64,000 nt of DNA. Origin: Octopus vulgaris. Lineage: Eukaryota. This document shows positions 53,023 through 64,000 of the stretch, piece by piece. The notes under the pieces are model-generated. The model saw nothing but the letters and a program-made list of their open reading frames with translations. It did no database searches and was not told where the DNA came from. The stretch's first letter is position 1. Each line of letters opens with the position of its first letter. Made by a program: the position numbers and the translations under genes. The DNA is taken from contig OX597836.1 of the NCBI GenBank assembly GCA_951406725.2, positions 48,608,001-48,672,000 on the forward strand, in the 5' to 3' direction.

Positions 53023-55554
53023 CTCTTTGCAGGCGCGCCGTCTTTGTTTCTACTCTTCAGTTTCTTAGGATCGTTCTTGGCTTTGCCTTCGTTTTACAGG
53101 CGCACTTTGTAGCTGTGTTGTTGTTGTTGGTCAGCACCAGATCAGTTCTGATTTAAAACACATTTTAGCCGTGATCATCCCTTTTTTTTTTATGGCCACA
53201 TTATTTAGTATTTCCTTCCTTTTCGCTTGAAAGTATAAGTCGGTAAGAATGTGATATACGGGGAATTCAACAGCTATTTCCAGCGAGTCTAGTGACCATA
53301 TAGAGGTACCTCCGTTGGTTTCATAGTTTATTTAGTTCGTGTATGTATGTATAATATTAAATAGATTGTTGGAGTCGTTAATAATGGATGTATACATCAA
53401 TGTGCTGTTATCGGTGTGTGTTATGTTATTGATACATTCAGTGTATTATTGTAGTTTTGTGTGTAAACAGACAGGTAGATACGTGTATGTATGTGCAAAT
53501 GTTTATTCTTGTTAAGGTGTGAATGTATGTGCGCGTGTGTATATATATATATACACACACACTATAGTGTGATGGTTTTGTTTTAGTGAAATTGTGTGTT
53601 GTTGGTTATGTCAGACTGAGTCGTTTTTTTCTGCTAATGTTCCGAATTATGGCCAGTTGCTCTCATCAATCATGTAAACAGCTGTACTGGGAAGAACTGT
53701 ATAGAATGTCCATGCCTGGCCAGACGAACTCTGCTGTAGCGTCATGTCTGAATCTCGGTGCCATAAAATGGTAAAGCAACCAGGAGACGTGGCGGCGGCG
53801 GCGGCGGGGAAAATGTAATCCCCGTTAGCAACATGTTCAGTTCGACTGAAGAAGCAACAGTTACTCTCAGAATCCCGTTGCTAATTTGTCTTACCGTCAT
53901 TACACAAACACTGATATATAATATCACATATATTTTATATACCCACATACATATACAGCAATATATAGCATGTCTTGTCCTTTGTTATGACTAATATTGC
54001 GGTGAGCTGCCTCTCTGTCCCCAGGAGTAATGTTGGTCAGCCGCGGTCAGCACCAATCTAAAAGATTTATGGTCAAAGGCGATTCACCTCTCATCATTCC
54101 GTTTTATTTTCCTCAACCACAATTTAATCGAACACTACTTTATCCAATCTATATTTTTCTTCTTCTTCCAAATGTGAAATTTGAGGATAATTTGGTTGCT
54201 ACATCTAGCAGTGGGAGCGATTAGGCAGAGGTTGGCACGTTCCTTCCTTATAAGTTATTATTATTATTATTTGGTTGTCCTCGTTGCAGGTTGTTTCACT
54301 TTTCAGCAAATTAAATCCAAATATTTCTTGTTCCCTGTTGCTTGTTGGCTGCTGTTGTTTCGAAAACATTCGTTCTTGAAAATTTCCACTACTTGTGTCT
54401 GTCTGTTTGTCTGCATGCGTGTGTGTGTGAGTGTGTGTGTGTGTGTATGTGTGTGTGTATGTGTGTGTGTGTGTGCTCCTATCTCTTCCTTCCTTTCCGT
54501 TTTGACAAATACTCTTTCTGTTGTTGGTAAAAGTATCTTTGTTCTTTCTTACCACAAATTAAAATCCTTGCTACGAAAAGAAGGGTCGCAATTCTGTTTT
54601 TTTTTTCTTTTGTCTCCTTAATTTTCCCCAATATCTTCTTCTTTTTATTGTTATTAAACACCGTCGTTGTTCCCACAAATGTTATCCATGCCGATCTTAC
54701 TGCCAAACACAATGGTTGTTGCCACAAATAAAATCCTTGCCGTTCGCACCCAACCTTCTTGTTGCTATTGGTATTAGCAAATAAATATTCTTTCTCTTCT
54801 TCTTCTTCTTACAACTGCTTCAGATGCTGATGTTGTCCATTTTACAGCTGCTGCTGTTGCAGTTGTTTATGTTCGTCTTGCTGCTGTTTCTGCGAACATC
54901 ACCAATGGAGATAATTTCCTTCTTTACTTCTTCTTCCTCCTCGATTCTCTTTCGTCTTCCTCTTCTTATTTGTAATCACATTACTACTACTACTACTGCC
55001 ACTACTACTTTCGCCATCAGCACCACCACCGTTGTTATTATTATTATTATTCTTTTGAGGAATCAGTGCAGCATATCTGTCACTGCAGCACATCGCCTTG
55101 CACCAATCACATTGTTGTCGTCCAGGGTCTCAAGGTATCCTTTCTCATACACCACCACCGCCACCACCACCACCACCGCCGCCGCTGCCATCATAATTCC
55201 TTCTAAACGTGACATATAAACATGCTTTATCTCCGTCTTTTATATTCCATGTGTGTGTGTGTGTGTGTGTGTGTGTGGATTCCAGATGTGTATTATGGAG
55301 ATGCATGCGATCGAAAGAAACAGATGATTCGTCACATGCGATCGTTCCGTCTACAGCAAAAAGATGAAACATGTATATGGACAAATAAAAAAAGGATTAT
55401 ATATATGTATATATATGTATATATACGTATGTTTATATGTGGGACAGTGTTTATAAATACGCGTGTGTGTAGCTATAGAAGTGTGTCAAAAGAAAGTCTC
55501 TTCAATAAAATATATTATATTTATACACAAAATATTTTTTAAAGTGAAACTAAG

Positions 55555-55745
55555 TGCACCAGGCGGCGGCAAAACGGGAGGATTACTGATTCAGAGTTCG
55601 GTCCCAAACACGGCAAAACCATCGACTTCTCGGCCCGGAACCGATCCCGCGTCGCAGGATGACTTAGTGACGTCATACGTCAGTGAGACGGTGCGTGTTT
55701 TGGGAAGTTTGCCGGTTACCGAACCCGGCTGACACCCCTCACAAA
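55555..55745. promoter_or_regulatory. CpG-rich candidate promoter with CRE
   Basis: Strongly CpG-rich patch ~2.6 kb upstream of the AREL1 ATG; perfect TGACGTCA at 55668-55675 with an adjacent TACGTCA half site. Confidence 0.5.
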
Positions 55746-56408
55746 TAATACCGGATCTCTCTCTCTCTCTCTCTCTTTCACGCATTCTTCATATGTATCT
55801 GTCTATATTTATTTTTTTTCTCTGTCTCTATCTATATAGTTCTTTCTTTCACACACACACACACACACTCTCACAATATCTATCTGTGTGCGTGCTTCTC
55901 TCTCTACCTGTCCTCCGCACATCTACGGACCATACCTGCTAGTCGTTGAATACATTACTCTAAGATGGTCGAATGGAACCAACGAGAGATTTTGTGTGCA
56001 ATTGCTCGAACTGCTAGAAATAGCAGCCTAATCCACCACCCTTCCTTCTAGCATTGACTCTGCCGTCAAATGTCTTCTCAGTCAAGGATGACATGCGGGT
56101 TAGACAAGCTGGATAAATGGGTTGAAAGATATATAAGTAAACAGACCAATAGATAGTAATATATAAACACATAATGAAGACATCGATAGCTTGTTCGACA
56201 TGTAGTTGGAAAGATAAGTAGAGTTATTGATTGGTCGATTGACTGAGAGGCGAGTACAAAACCTCCACAGCCCTGGTTCTAGAAGCTTCTTGTTCGCAAT
56301 GTTCTTTGTAATGAACTTTGTGTTACTTTGGTATCCCAATGTTCTGTGGTTCGGAGCCCATATCTAGGATGTCTTGTGAGAATATTAAAACGTTCCAATA
56401 CATGACTG

Positions 56409-56465
<57 letters not shown>

Positions 56466-57698
56466 CATTATTATTTTATTTATTTATTTATTTTTAACGG
56501 CCCTGGAAGGACGAAAGGCAAAGCTGACCTACGAAAATGTTCAGAACTAAATATACTGTAAAATATAATGATTTCAAATTTTGGCAATTTCGGAGGAGGA
56601 GATAAGTCGACCACATTGACCCCAGTGTGTAACTGGTACTTATTTTATCGACCTCGAAAGGGTGAAAGGCAAAGTCAACCTCGGCGGAATTTTGAACTCA
56701 GAACGTAAGACAGGCAAAATGTCGCGGCATGCTAACGTTTCTCATTTCTTTATTGCCCATAAAGGGCTAAACATAGAGGGGACAAACAAGGACAGATAAA
56801 GGGATTAAGTCGATCACATCGACTCCAGTGCATCACTGGTACTCTATTTACCGACCCCGAAAGGATGAAAGGCAAAGAAATACCGCAAAACATTTTGCCC
56901 GGCGTGCTAACGTTTCTGCCAGCTCGCCGCCTTCTCCTTGCTTTATGATGTCTATGCTTTTTATGTTGTAACATATCTTTGCTGTTCTCTTCACATCATG
57001 ACTGCTTCTTCTCATCTTCAATTCTTCCATCATTAATACTGTTATTTAATACTTATTACATTGTCAAAGAAATATATTCCAAGCCTCGCACGGCGCTCCA
57101 AGTACAAAGCTATTCCCTGTATAGAAATTTGCAAACGTTTGTGTTGAGCACTTGACCTAATAATGAACCATTGGCAGTAATTCCATACCATCTCCATTTT
57201 CAATGGTTTGAACTCGATTAAACGTGACTGAAACGTAATTGAAACGATAAAATGTTTTCCAAGGTTCATGTTACATTGCGCAAGAGATTATGTTCTTTAA
57301 TCTCTCCCGTATAGTATCTTACCTCCTTTTTTTAATGCTTATACACTGATGTTGTAGGAAGTACTTATACATCTACGTTAATTAATTTATTTTTGGAACA
57401 TTCTGGTTTTAATTCCTGTGATAATTGGATGGACGATCCATGGAAGAAATGTCAAAAGAGGTCGATAATCTTGCTGAAATTTGTGTTGTAAGCCTTTGTG
57501 CAACGAGGGCACATTACTCAGGTCGTACAGCTTTGGCAAGTGTCTTAGGAAGGGATGATCGAAGCTCTGGAGAGCTTTATTTCCATTCTTAGACTGCCAG
57601 ATAAAAATTCGATGATTGACTTTCAGATCGGGGAAATTATTTAAAATGGTTCCAGTTGAAAAGTTCTATCTTGAATGAAAATACTTCAATATATTTTA

Positions 57699-58451
57699 TC
57701 TCTCTCTATAAAATTCTTTTTGTCTGTCTGTTCGACCAAATCGAATCAAATTTTACAAGGTAGTGTCAACATGTAATTTTTTTTTCATTTGGATTAAAAC
57801 AATATAACATTGGCACTGGTTTGGTATTACGTGTCGAAAACGAAAGAATTACATCTGTATCATGCATGGACAACCTGCGGGCCGCATGCAGCCCTCGACG
57901 AATTTCTAGGTTACTAATTTCATATTAAGACAAATAAACTTTCATGTGAAGGCCAATAAAATTAAGAACTGCAAAAAATTCAGTGTAAAGTGTGCAATTA
58001 ATATGTGTTTTATCATGCGCTTGGAAATGGTACGATGCAGCCTCCATTTGTAATGTGATGTAATAGTTTCACTTTTATTCTTTCACTTTTAATTCTTACT
58101 AGACTTACTCCTCAGCCTTGCCCGGTAAAGTATTCAAGGAATTGTTTGCCAGTTTGTAGAATGGGAATTCACGGTACTTATGCATGTATAGATATATATT
58201 TAACCTAACTTCTGGACTTATTTAATTGGAACTATCCAAACAATAGTAATTCATTTACATGAGTAGAAGCTTTTCTTAACAATTGTTATCTTCAAAATCA
58301 CTTGTTACTTTTGTTTTAAAGTGAAAGAGAGGAGAAAGTGAAAGATGCACAAACGTGTATATGAAATGGACGTGTGTGTGTGTGTGAGGGAAAGAGGGAG
58401 TGCCGCTTACACATACATGAGAACACACACGTTCACTCACTCACACACACA

Positions 58452-58517
<66 letters not shown>

Positions 58518-60893
58518 TGCACACGTACATGCAAAAAAGATGTACGCATATGTATTGATGTATGTACGTATACATGACAACACACCCCTTCACTCAATTT
58601 GTCTCCCTTTTTCTCTCTTTCTCTTTCTCTCTCTCTTTCTTTTTCACACACACACACACGTCCATTTCATATACACGTACATAATTCTTTCACTTTAAAA
58701 CAAAAGTAAATAAATCAATAAAAACTATTATGGAAATTAATGAACTCCGGATGATGAAATCACATTCAGTTAAAAATATTTCCAAATGATTAAAATAATC
58801 TGTACGTCAAAAAGTCAACAGCTTTTTTTCTTAGAGAGTGCGAAGACAATGTGTGTGTGTATATGACACAGATATCGAACGTGTGTTTGTGTTGATTGAC
58901 ACGCCATGTGTATGTGTGTTGATGTCATAGAAGCCATGTTTTTTTTCATCAAGAAATAACAAAAATTGTGTTTAATCGTTTAAATAGAAGTTCAAATGTC
59001 ACAAAAAATTGTACTGCAATTGTAAAAAAAAATAAAGATAAAATATACTATTTCTGAGAGATTTCAGTTACACACAAATATACCTATAGTCTTAGTATTA
59101 TCAAGATGTGATAAGGCTATAATATTGTTTCACTTTCATTCTTTCACTTTTAATTCTAATAATAAATGAATAATTTACATCCTGATATGAACAACATTAC
59201 GCATCGGCAACTTTCCGTCTTTACGGCCACCATAGCGGAAAGGTGTGTCAGTGTAAGTGTTGAGAAACATAACGAACGGCTGGAGGTGAGACTCTTGACA
59301 AAAAACAACGATGTAGCAGGTCCAAAGCAGCACGTCAGACGGAGTCTCAAGAGAGAAAGGAGATGAGACTTTCTCAAAATCAGCAAATGCATGCTGCATC
59401 ATTAAAACAACGTTTTAATTAGACAGAGGTCCAATAGAATACGTAGCTCTTAGAAACAGAACACATACAAATTCGTTCTTTACAATTCCTGGAGCTGCTT
59501 TCATGTTATGATCCATCCCATTCTTATAAAAATGATAATTTTGTCCAAATTGGTGAGCTAAACTGCAAAACTTTCAAATTTCGGATCTTTTCCTTTTGAA
59601 GGCCAGATTTCAACATAATTTCTAGTTAACTAAACACTTTAAAACTTCGTATACTGGTAGATTGTGTCAAAAGAAAACATTATTTTCACTTGGCTTTCTT
59701 GATAAATTTGTAATTCGTTTGTTTAACGTATTTTTCGAATTTTTACCAATCCTATGCTCTCTTTTGAGCTAAAATCATTTGCTGCGTCTAAAACTGAGAC
59801 AACATCCTGTAACTAACCCTCCCCCTAACCCTAATTTCTTTTTCTTAATTGTTAAGTTAATTTAATTGTTACGCGTGTAAAAAAAACAAAAGCAATGGGA
59901 AATAATTTAAACAATTAACAAACAAAATAATTCTATAATTTTATACACACGCTTTCCGTACGTATACGGAAAGCGTGTGTATAAAATTATAGAATTATTT
60001 TGTTTGTTAATTGTTTAAATTATTTCCCATTGCTTTTGTTTTTTTTACACGCGTAACAATTAAGAAAAAAAAATTTAGGGTTGGAGGAGGGGGAGGGTTA
60101 GTTACAGGATGTTGTCTCAGTTTTAGACGCAGCAAATGATGGAGGTAATCGATTGGTTAAAATTGCCGAAATGCTCGGATTTTCAGACGAAATATCTTAC
60201 AACATATAGAATTTTCTCAATAAAGCCAAGAAAAAATGATGTTTTATAGACACATTCTACCAGTATACGAAGTTTACAAGTGTTTAGTTACAAAGAAATT
60301 GTGTTGAAATCTGGCCTTCAAAAGGAAAAGATCCCAAATTTCTAAATGAAACGGATGACATGTACTGCTCAGACGGTAAGGTAAGATTGCCAGCACTACC
60401 AACCCCTCTTCGACCTCTTATGGACCTTCTGGAAGGCACTTCCATCCAGTCAAAGGATTTTCTGAACAATATCAAACAATACAACTCTGCATTTCAAATG
60501 ACATCGTTTGATGCATCTAAGAAGATAGATAAACATTAATTTACACCGATATCAAAGTTCAAGGGCAAGTCTATCACCTCATTGGTTCCCTGTTACCCAC
60601 AAATGAACAGCCTCCAAATTTACTTTATGAGTGATGTAGGACAACAAACCTGAAGGAGGTGTCAAAATTTCAGACAATGGGTCGTGTTAGACACAGCACC
60701 GAACGCTGCAAAAGAGAGTGTATCCACTGACAGCTTTTCAGTGTGTTCAAAAATCACATAACCCCCCAACTCCCAATTTTCCATGACAGGTTAGGGCCTG
60801 AAATACTCCAAACAGACACATAGCATGTTGCTGTAATATAAAGATACAAACTATGCCCTTTTCATCCTGAGCAACGCCAGGTGTCTCTGTAAG
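57699..60893 (+). mobile_element. Degenerate Helitron with nested insertions
   Basis: A|TC..TATAAAA 5' end; RepHel N-terminal remnant CSDGKVRLPAL...FLNNIKQYNSAFQMTSF...KVQGQVYHLIGSLLP at ~59480-60630; 3' hairpin CCTGAGCAACGCCAGG followed by TAAG|T. Confidence 0.75.
59583..60334. mobile_element. Foldback MITE with GGATCTTTTCCTTTTGAA termini
   Basis: Perfect 8-bp TSD CAAATTTC (59575-59582, 60335-60342); 99-bp perfect central arms with a 4-nt loop at 59961-59964. Confidence 0.92.
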
Positions 60894-61039
60894 TCTTTAA
60901 TAAAACAATATTTGCGATCGCAGCGTCAGGCGTATGAAGCCGGAAACTAGAAAGTTTTTTATTTATATATATATTCTTTGGTTTTGGTGTTTCTAGGACT
61001 CGAACTTCATTTTTCATAATAATATTTGTATGAATTATC

Positions 61040-61571
61040 GGATCTTTTCCTTTTGAACGGCAGTTTTCAACACAATTTCTAGTTAACTAAACACTTGTAA
61101 ACTTCGTATACTGGTAGAATGTGTTTTTTAAAACATCATTTTTGCTTGGCTCTATTGAGAAAATTCTATAGTTTGTAACATATTTCGACTTTAATTTCGA
61201 GCATTTCGGCAATTTTAACCAATCGCTGACGTAAACAACATTCCGTGCTGTATGAATATGTCCCTCGTTTAAGAAACAGATTGGGTATCTTTTTTTCTTC
61301 GCAAATGTAAATAAACCCAATCTGTTTCTTAAACGAGGGACATATTCATACAGCACGGAATGCTTTCACCCCAAATGGAGGTCAGCGATTGGTTAAAATT
61401 GCCGAAATGCTCGAAATTAAAGTCGAAATATGTTACAAACTATAGAATTTTCTCAATAGAGCCAAGAAAAAATGATGTTTTAAAAAACACATTCTACCAG
61501 TATACGAAGTTTACAAGTGTTTAGTTAACTAGAAATTGTGTTGAAAACTGCCGTTCAAAAGGAAAAGATCC
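61040..61571. mobile_element. Foldback MITE, same terminal family as 59583-60334
   Basis: Perfect 8-bp TSD GAATTATC (61032-61039, 61572-61579); near-complete palindrome. Confidence 0.92.
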
Positions 61572-62142
61572 GAATTATCTTTTCCTTCTTGGTTGTGTGT
61601 GTCGGGGCTTTGATGCATTGCTTTGTCCGATGGGTTGGGTGGGGGTGGGGTCTATAATGCTTGTTCAGCTGCTCAGTCAACTGAACCAACAACAGCTCAT
61701 AAAATTAGTCTGTAAGTGGCCGAGTATTCCTCAAACATGTCTAGCCTTAATGTCATCAACAGGCAGAATCAGCGAGATAGTGTATGACGAAACAGTTTTT
61801 TTTCCCAATTTGATATAAATGCAATGCATCTGATGAGCTTCCATAGAGTTTCCTTCCATCGGATTTTCCTCACGAGGCTTAGAACTACCGGAGACGATGG
61901 TAAAAGACACTCGCCCAGGATCACACACAGTGGGATCAAAACCGGGAGATCGTGGATATGATACAAACTTATTAACCATTTCCCCATCCTTAACAGGGTT
62001 TTTTTTATCTTGTTTTAATTATACAAAAAAAAAAAAAAAAAAAGACAAGATTTTTGCAGTTTCTGGATTTCTGATGTTCAAAATAAAGAAATCCAAGATC
62101 AAGTAACGACGTGAGAGGGACAATGTCTTCAAATATAGGCTT

Positions 62143-64000
62143 CTCATTTATACTCGGCTATAAGTCGCACTTTTACCCCATGGAATTTTCAGCTAAAGTT
62201 GGGGATGCGACTTATAAGCGTAATCTATAAAAAAATATCTCCAGATATAGGCGCAGGAGTGGCTGTGTAGTAAGTAACTTGCTAACCAACCACATGGTTC
62301 TGGATTCAGTCCCACTGCGTGGCACCTTGGGCAATTGTCTTCTACTATAAGCCTCGGGCCGACCAAAGCCTTGTGAAGATTTGGTAGACATGTAGTGGAT
62401 GTGTGTGTATGTAAACAAATACATAAACCGTTTCATGATTAAAAGGAATTTATTTACAGGGTCATAAGTACACTACATACAAATGTAAGCAAATGCTACG
62501 AATTGCTTGTGTAGAGCACATATTAAAGATGAATATGTTTGTGTGTGTGTGTGTTTCATTCGAAACAGTAGTCGATAGACACTGAACATTTCTCTCTGTC
62601 GTCTCCAAAACGCGGGGCGAGATAGATCTGTCTGCTGCCGTCTCCGCTGCGATTGTCCGTTCTCTGTTTTCCCCGCTGTATTTATAATATTTGTGACAGC
62701 TAGAAAAACAGACATAACGCAATAGAGACAGTGCTTTATTTAGGTCAGCACTTGTCCATTTGAACTCAGCCTGACATGGCTGAGGTCACAGGTCAACGGG
62801 AGATGATCAATCACTTTTTGACAGAACAAAGGGGTTATTAAATTTCGCGCCTCTAATTGCATTGGTTTGGACGACCGATGATTCTTGGATTCGATTTCGA
62901 ATCTAGGCTTAGAGAAAGAAGTGCTAATTCTTACAGACAGAAACTGAAAGAAGCCCGTTGTTTATATATATGTATATGTTTGTGTTTGTCCCCCCACCAT
63001 CACTTGACAAACGATGTTGGTGTGTTTACGTCCCCGCCACTTAGCATTTTGGCAATAAGTGGCCGATAGAACGAGTTCTAGGCTTACAAAGAATAAGTCC
63101 TGGGGTAGATTTCTTCGACTATAGGCGGTGCTCCAGCATGGCCACAGTCAAATGACTGAAACAAATAAAAGAGTAAAAGAATATTTTCTGGGTACAAGCT
63201 ACGTCTGAAGTTCCGACACTTGGAATAACCGAAGAAACCCGAATCGCTAATTTCGAAGCCGAGAAATACACGAAAGAAGATCTTTAGACATTTCTTCAGA
63301 TATTTCTTTAATTCTGTTTGTATGAAATAAACAATTAATTTAATGCTTTTTTGCATCGTACCTGTCTTTCTTTAATTCGACGCCATGTTATTTGTTAACG
63401 AGAAGATAAAGCGGAATTCATATGATATCACCTTCAAGCTGAAAGTTGTTGAATACACGAAGTCGCATTCGAATCGAGCGGCAGAAAGAGAATCTGGAGT
63501 CTCAGAAAAAATGGTCAGCGATTGACATTTGAAAGAGAAAATGAAATCCGTTGACATCAAAATGTTAAAGAAAATTAGGAAACGGAGATTATTTGGAGAG
63601 ACTGGGTGACTGAACTACGCACGAATGGACATCTCGTCATGAGAAACAGCATTCGATTGTGGACTCTCCAAGTAACAAAAGAATATGGTATATCCGACTT
63701 CAAAGCATTTCCTGGCTTTAAAGGTTCGAGGTTTATGAAGCGTCACAATCTTACGCTGAGACAGAAGAGTCATACTTTCTTTTACTCGTTTCAGTCATGC
63801 GCCTGTGGTCATGCTGGAGCACTACTATGGCATATTGCACAGAAATTACCCGCTGACGTAGAGAGCAAAGTTGATTCCTTCCATCGGTGTGTAATAGACC
63901 TACGAAAGGGCCACGAGTTTACCTTGGAAGTAATCAGTAATATTGAAAAGACACGCCTTCTTTTCGATATGGTAGGAACTCGGACAGTCGACATTAAAGG
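62143..64000 (+). mobile_element. Decayed pogo-family DNA transposon, interrupted by SINE pieces
   Basis: TACTCGGCTATAAGTCGCA...TGCGACTTATA subterminal motif; from 63385 RNSYDITFKLKVVEY..SNRAAER (Brinker-type HTH), RFMKRHNLTLRQK (CENP-B HTH), AQKLP...FDM..RTV with stops and frameshifts. Confidence 0.85.

Overview
AT-rich, microsatellite- and repeat-dense eukaryotic DNA; the SINE families suggest an octopus (cephalopod) genome, which is an inference. One protein-coding gene spans most of the window on the minus strand: an AREL1 (KIAA0317)-type HECT E3 ubiquitin ligase. I reconstructed 19 coding exons by hand (ATG at 53022, stop at 7884-7886; 2919 nt, 972 aa), all with GT-AG boundaries and matching phases. 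Unlike vertebrate AREL1, it appears to be a type I membrane protein: signal peptide, His-rich patch and two SAM-like repeats N-terminal to the transmembrane helix, then filamin-like, PH-like and HECT domains. Introns and flanks carry tRNA-derived SINEs, mariner/piggyBac/hAT/Merlin-like MITEs, long foldback palindromes, Helitron remnants, an R4/Dong-type LINE fragment and a pogo transposase remnant. Several minimal type I hammerhead ribozyme or hammerhead-like motifs occur, most with a palindromic helix III: a near-canonical one at 6970-7055, a sense-strand intronic one at 27611-27650, and variant-core copies at about 1.4-1.6 kb and 30.9 kb. Most six-frame ORFs supplied are repeat or microsatellite noise.
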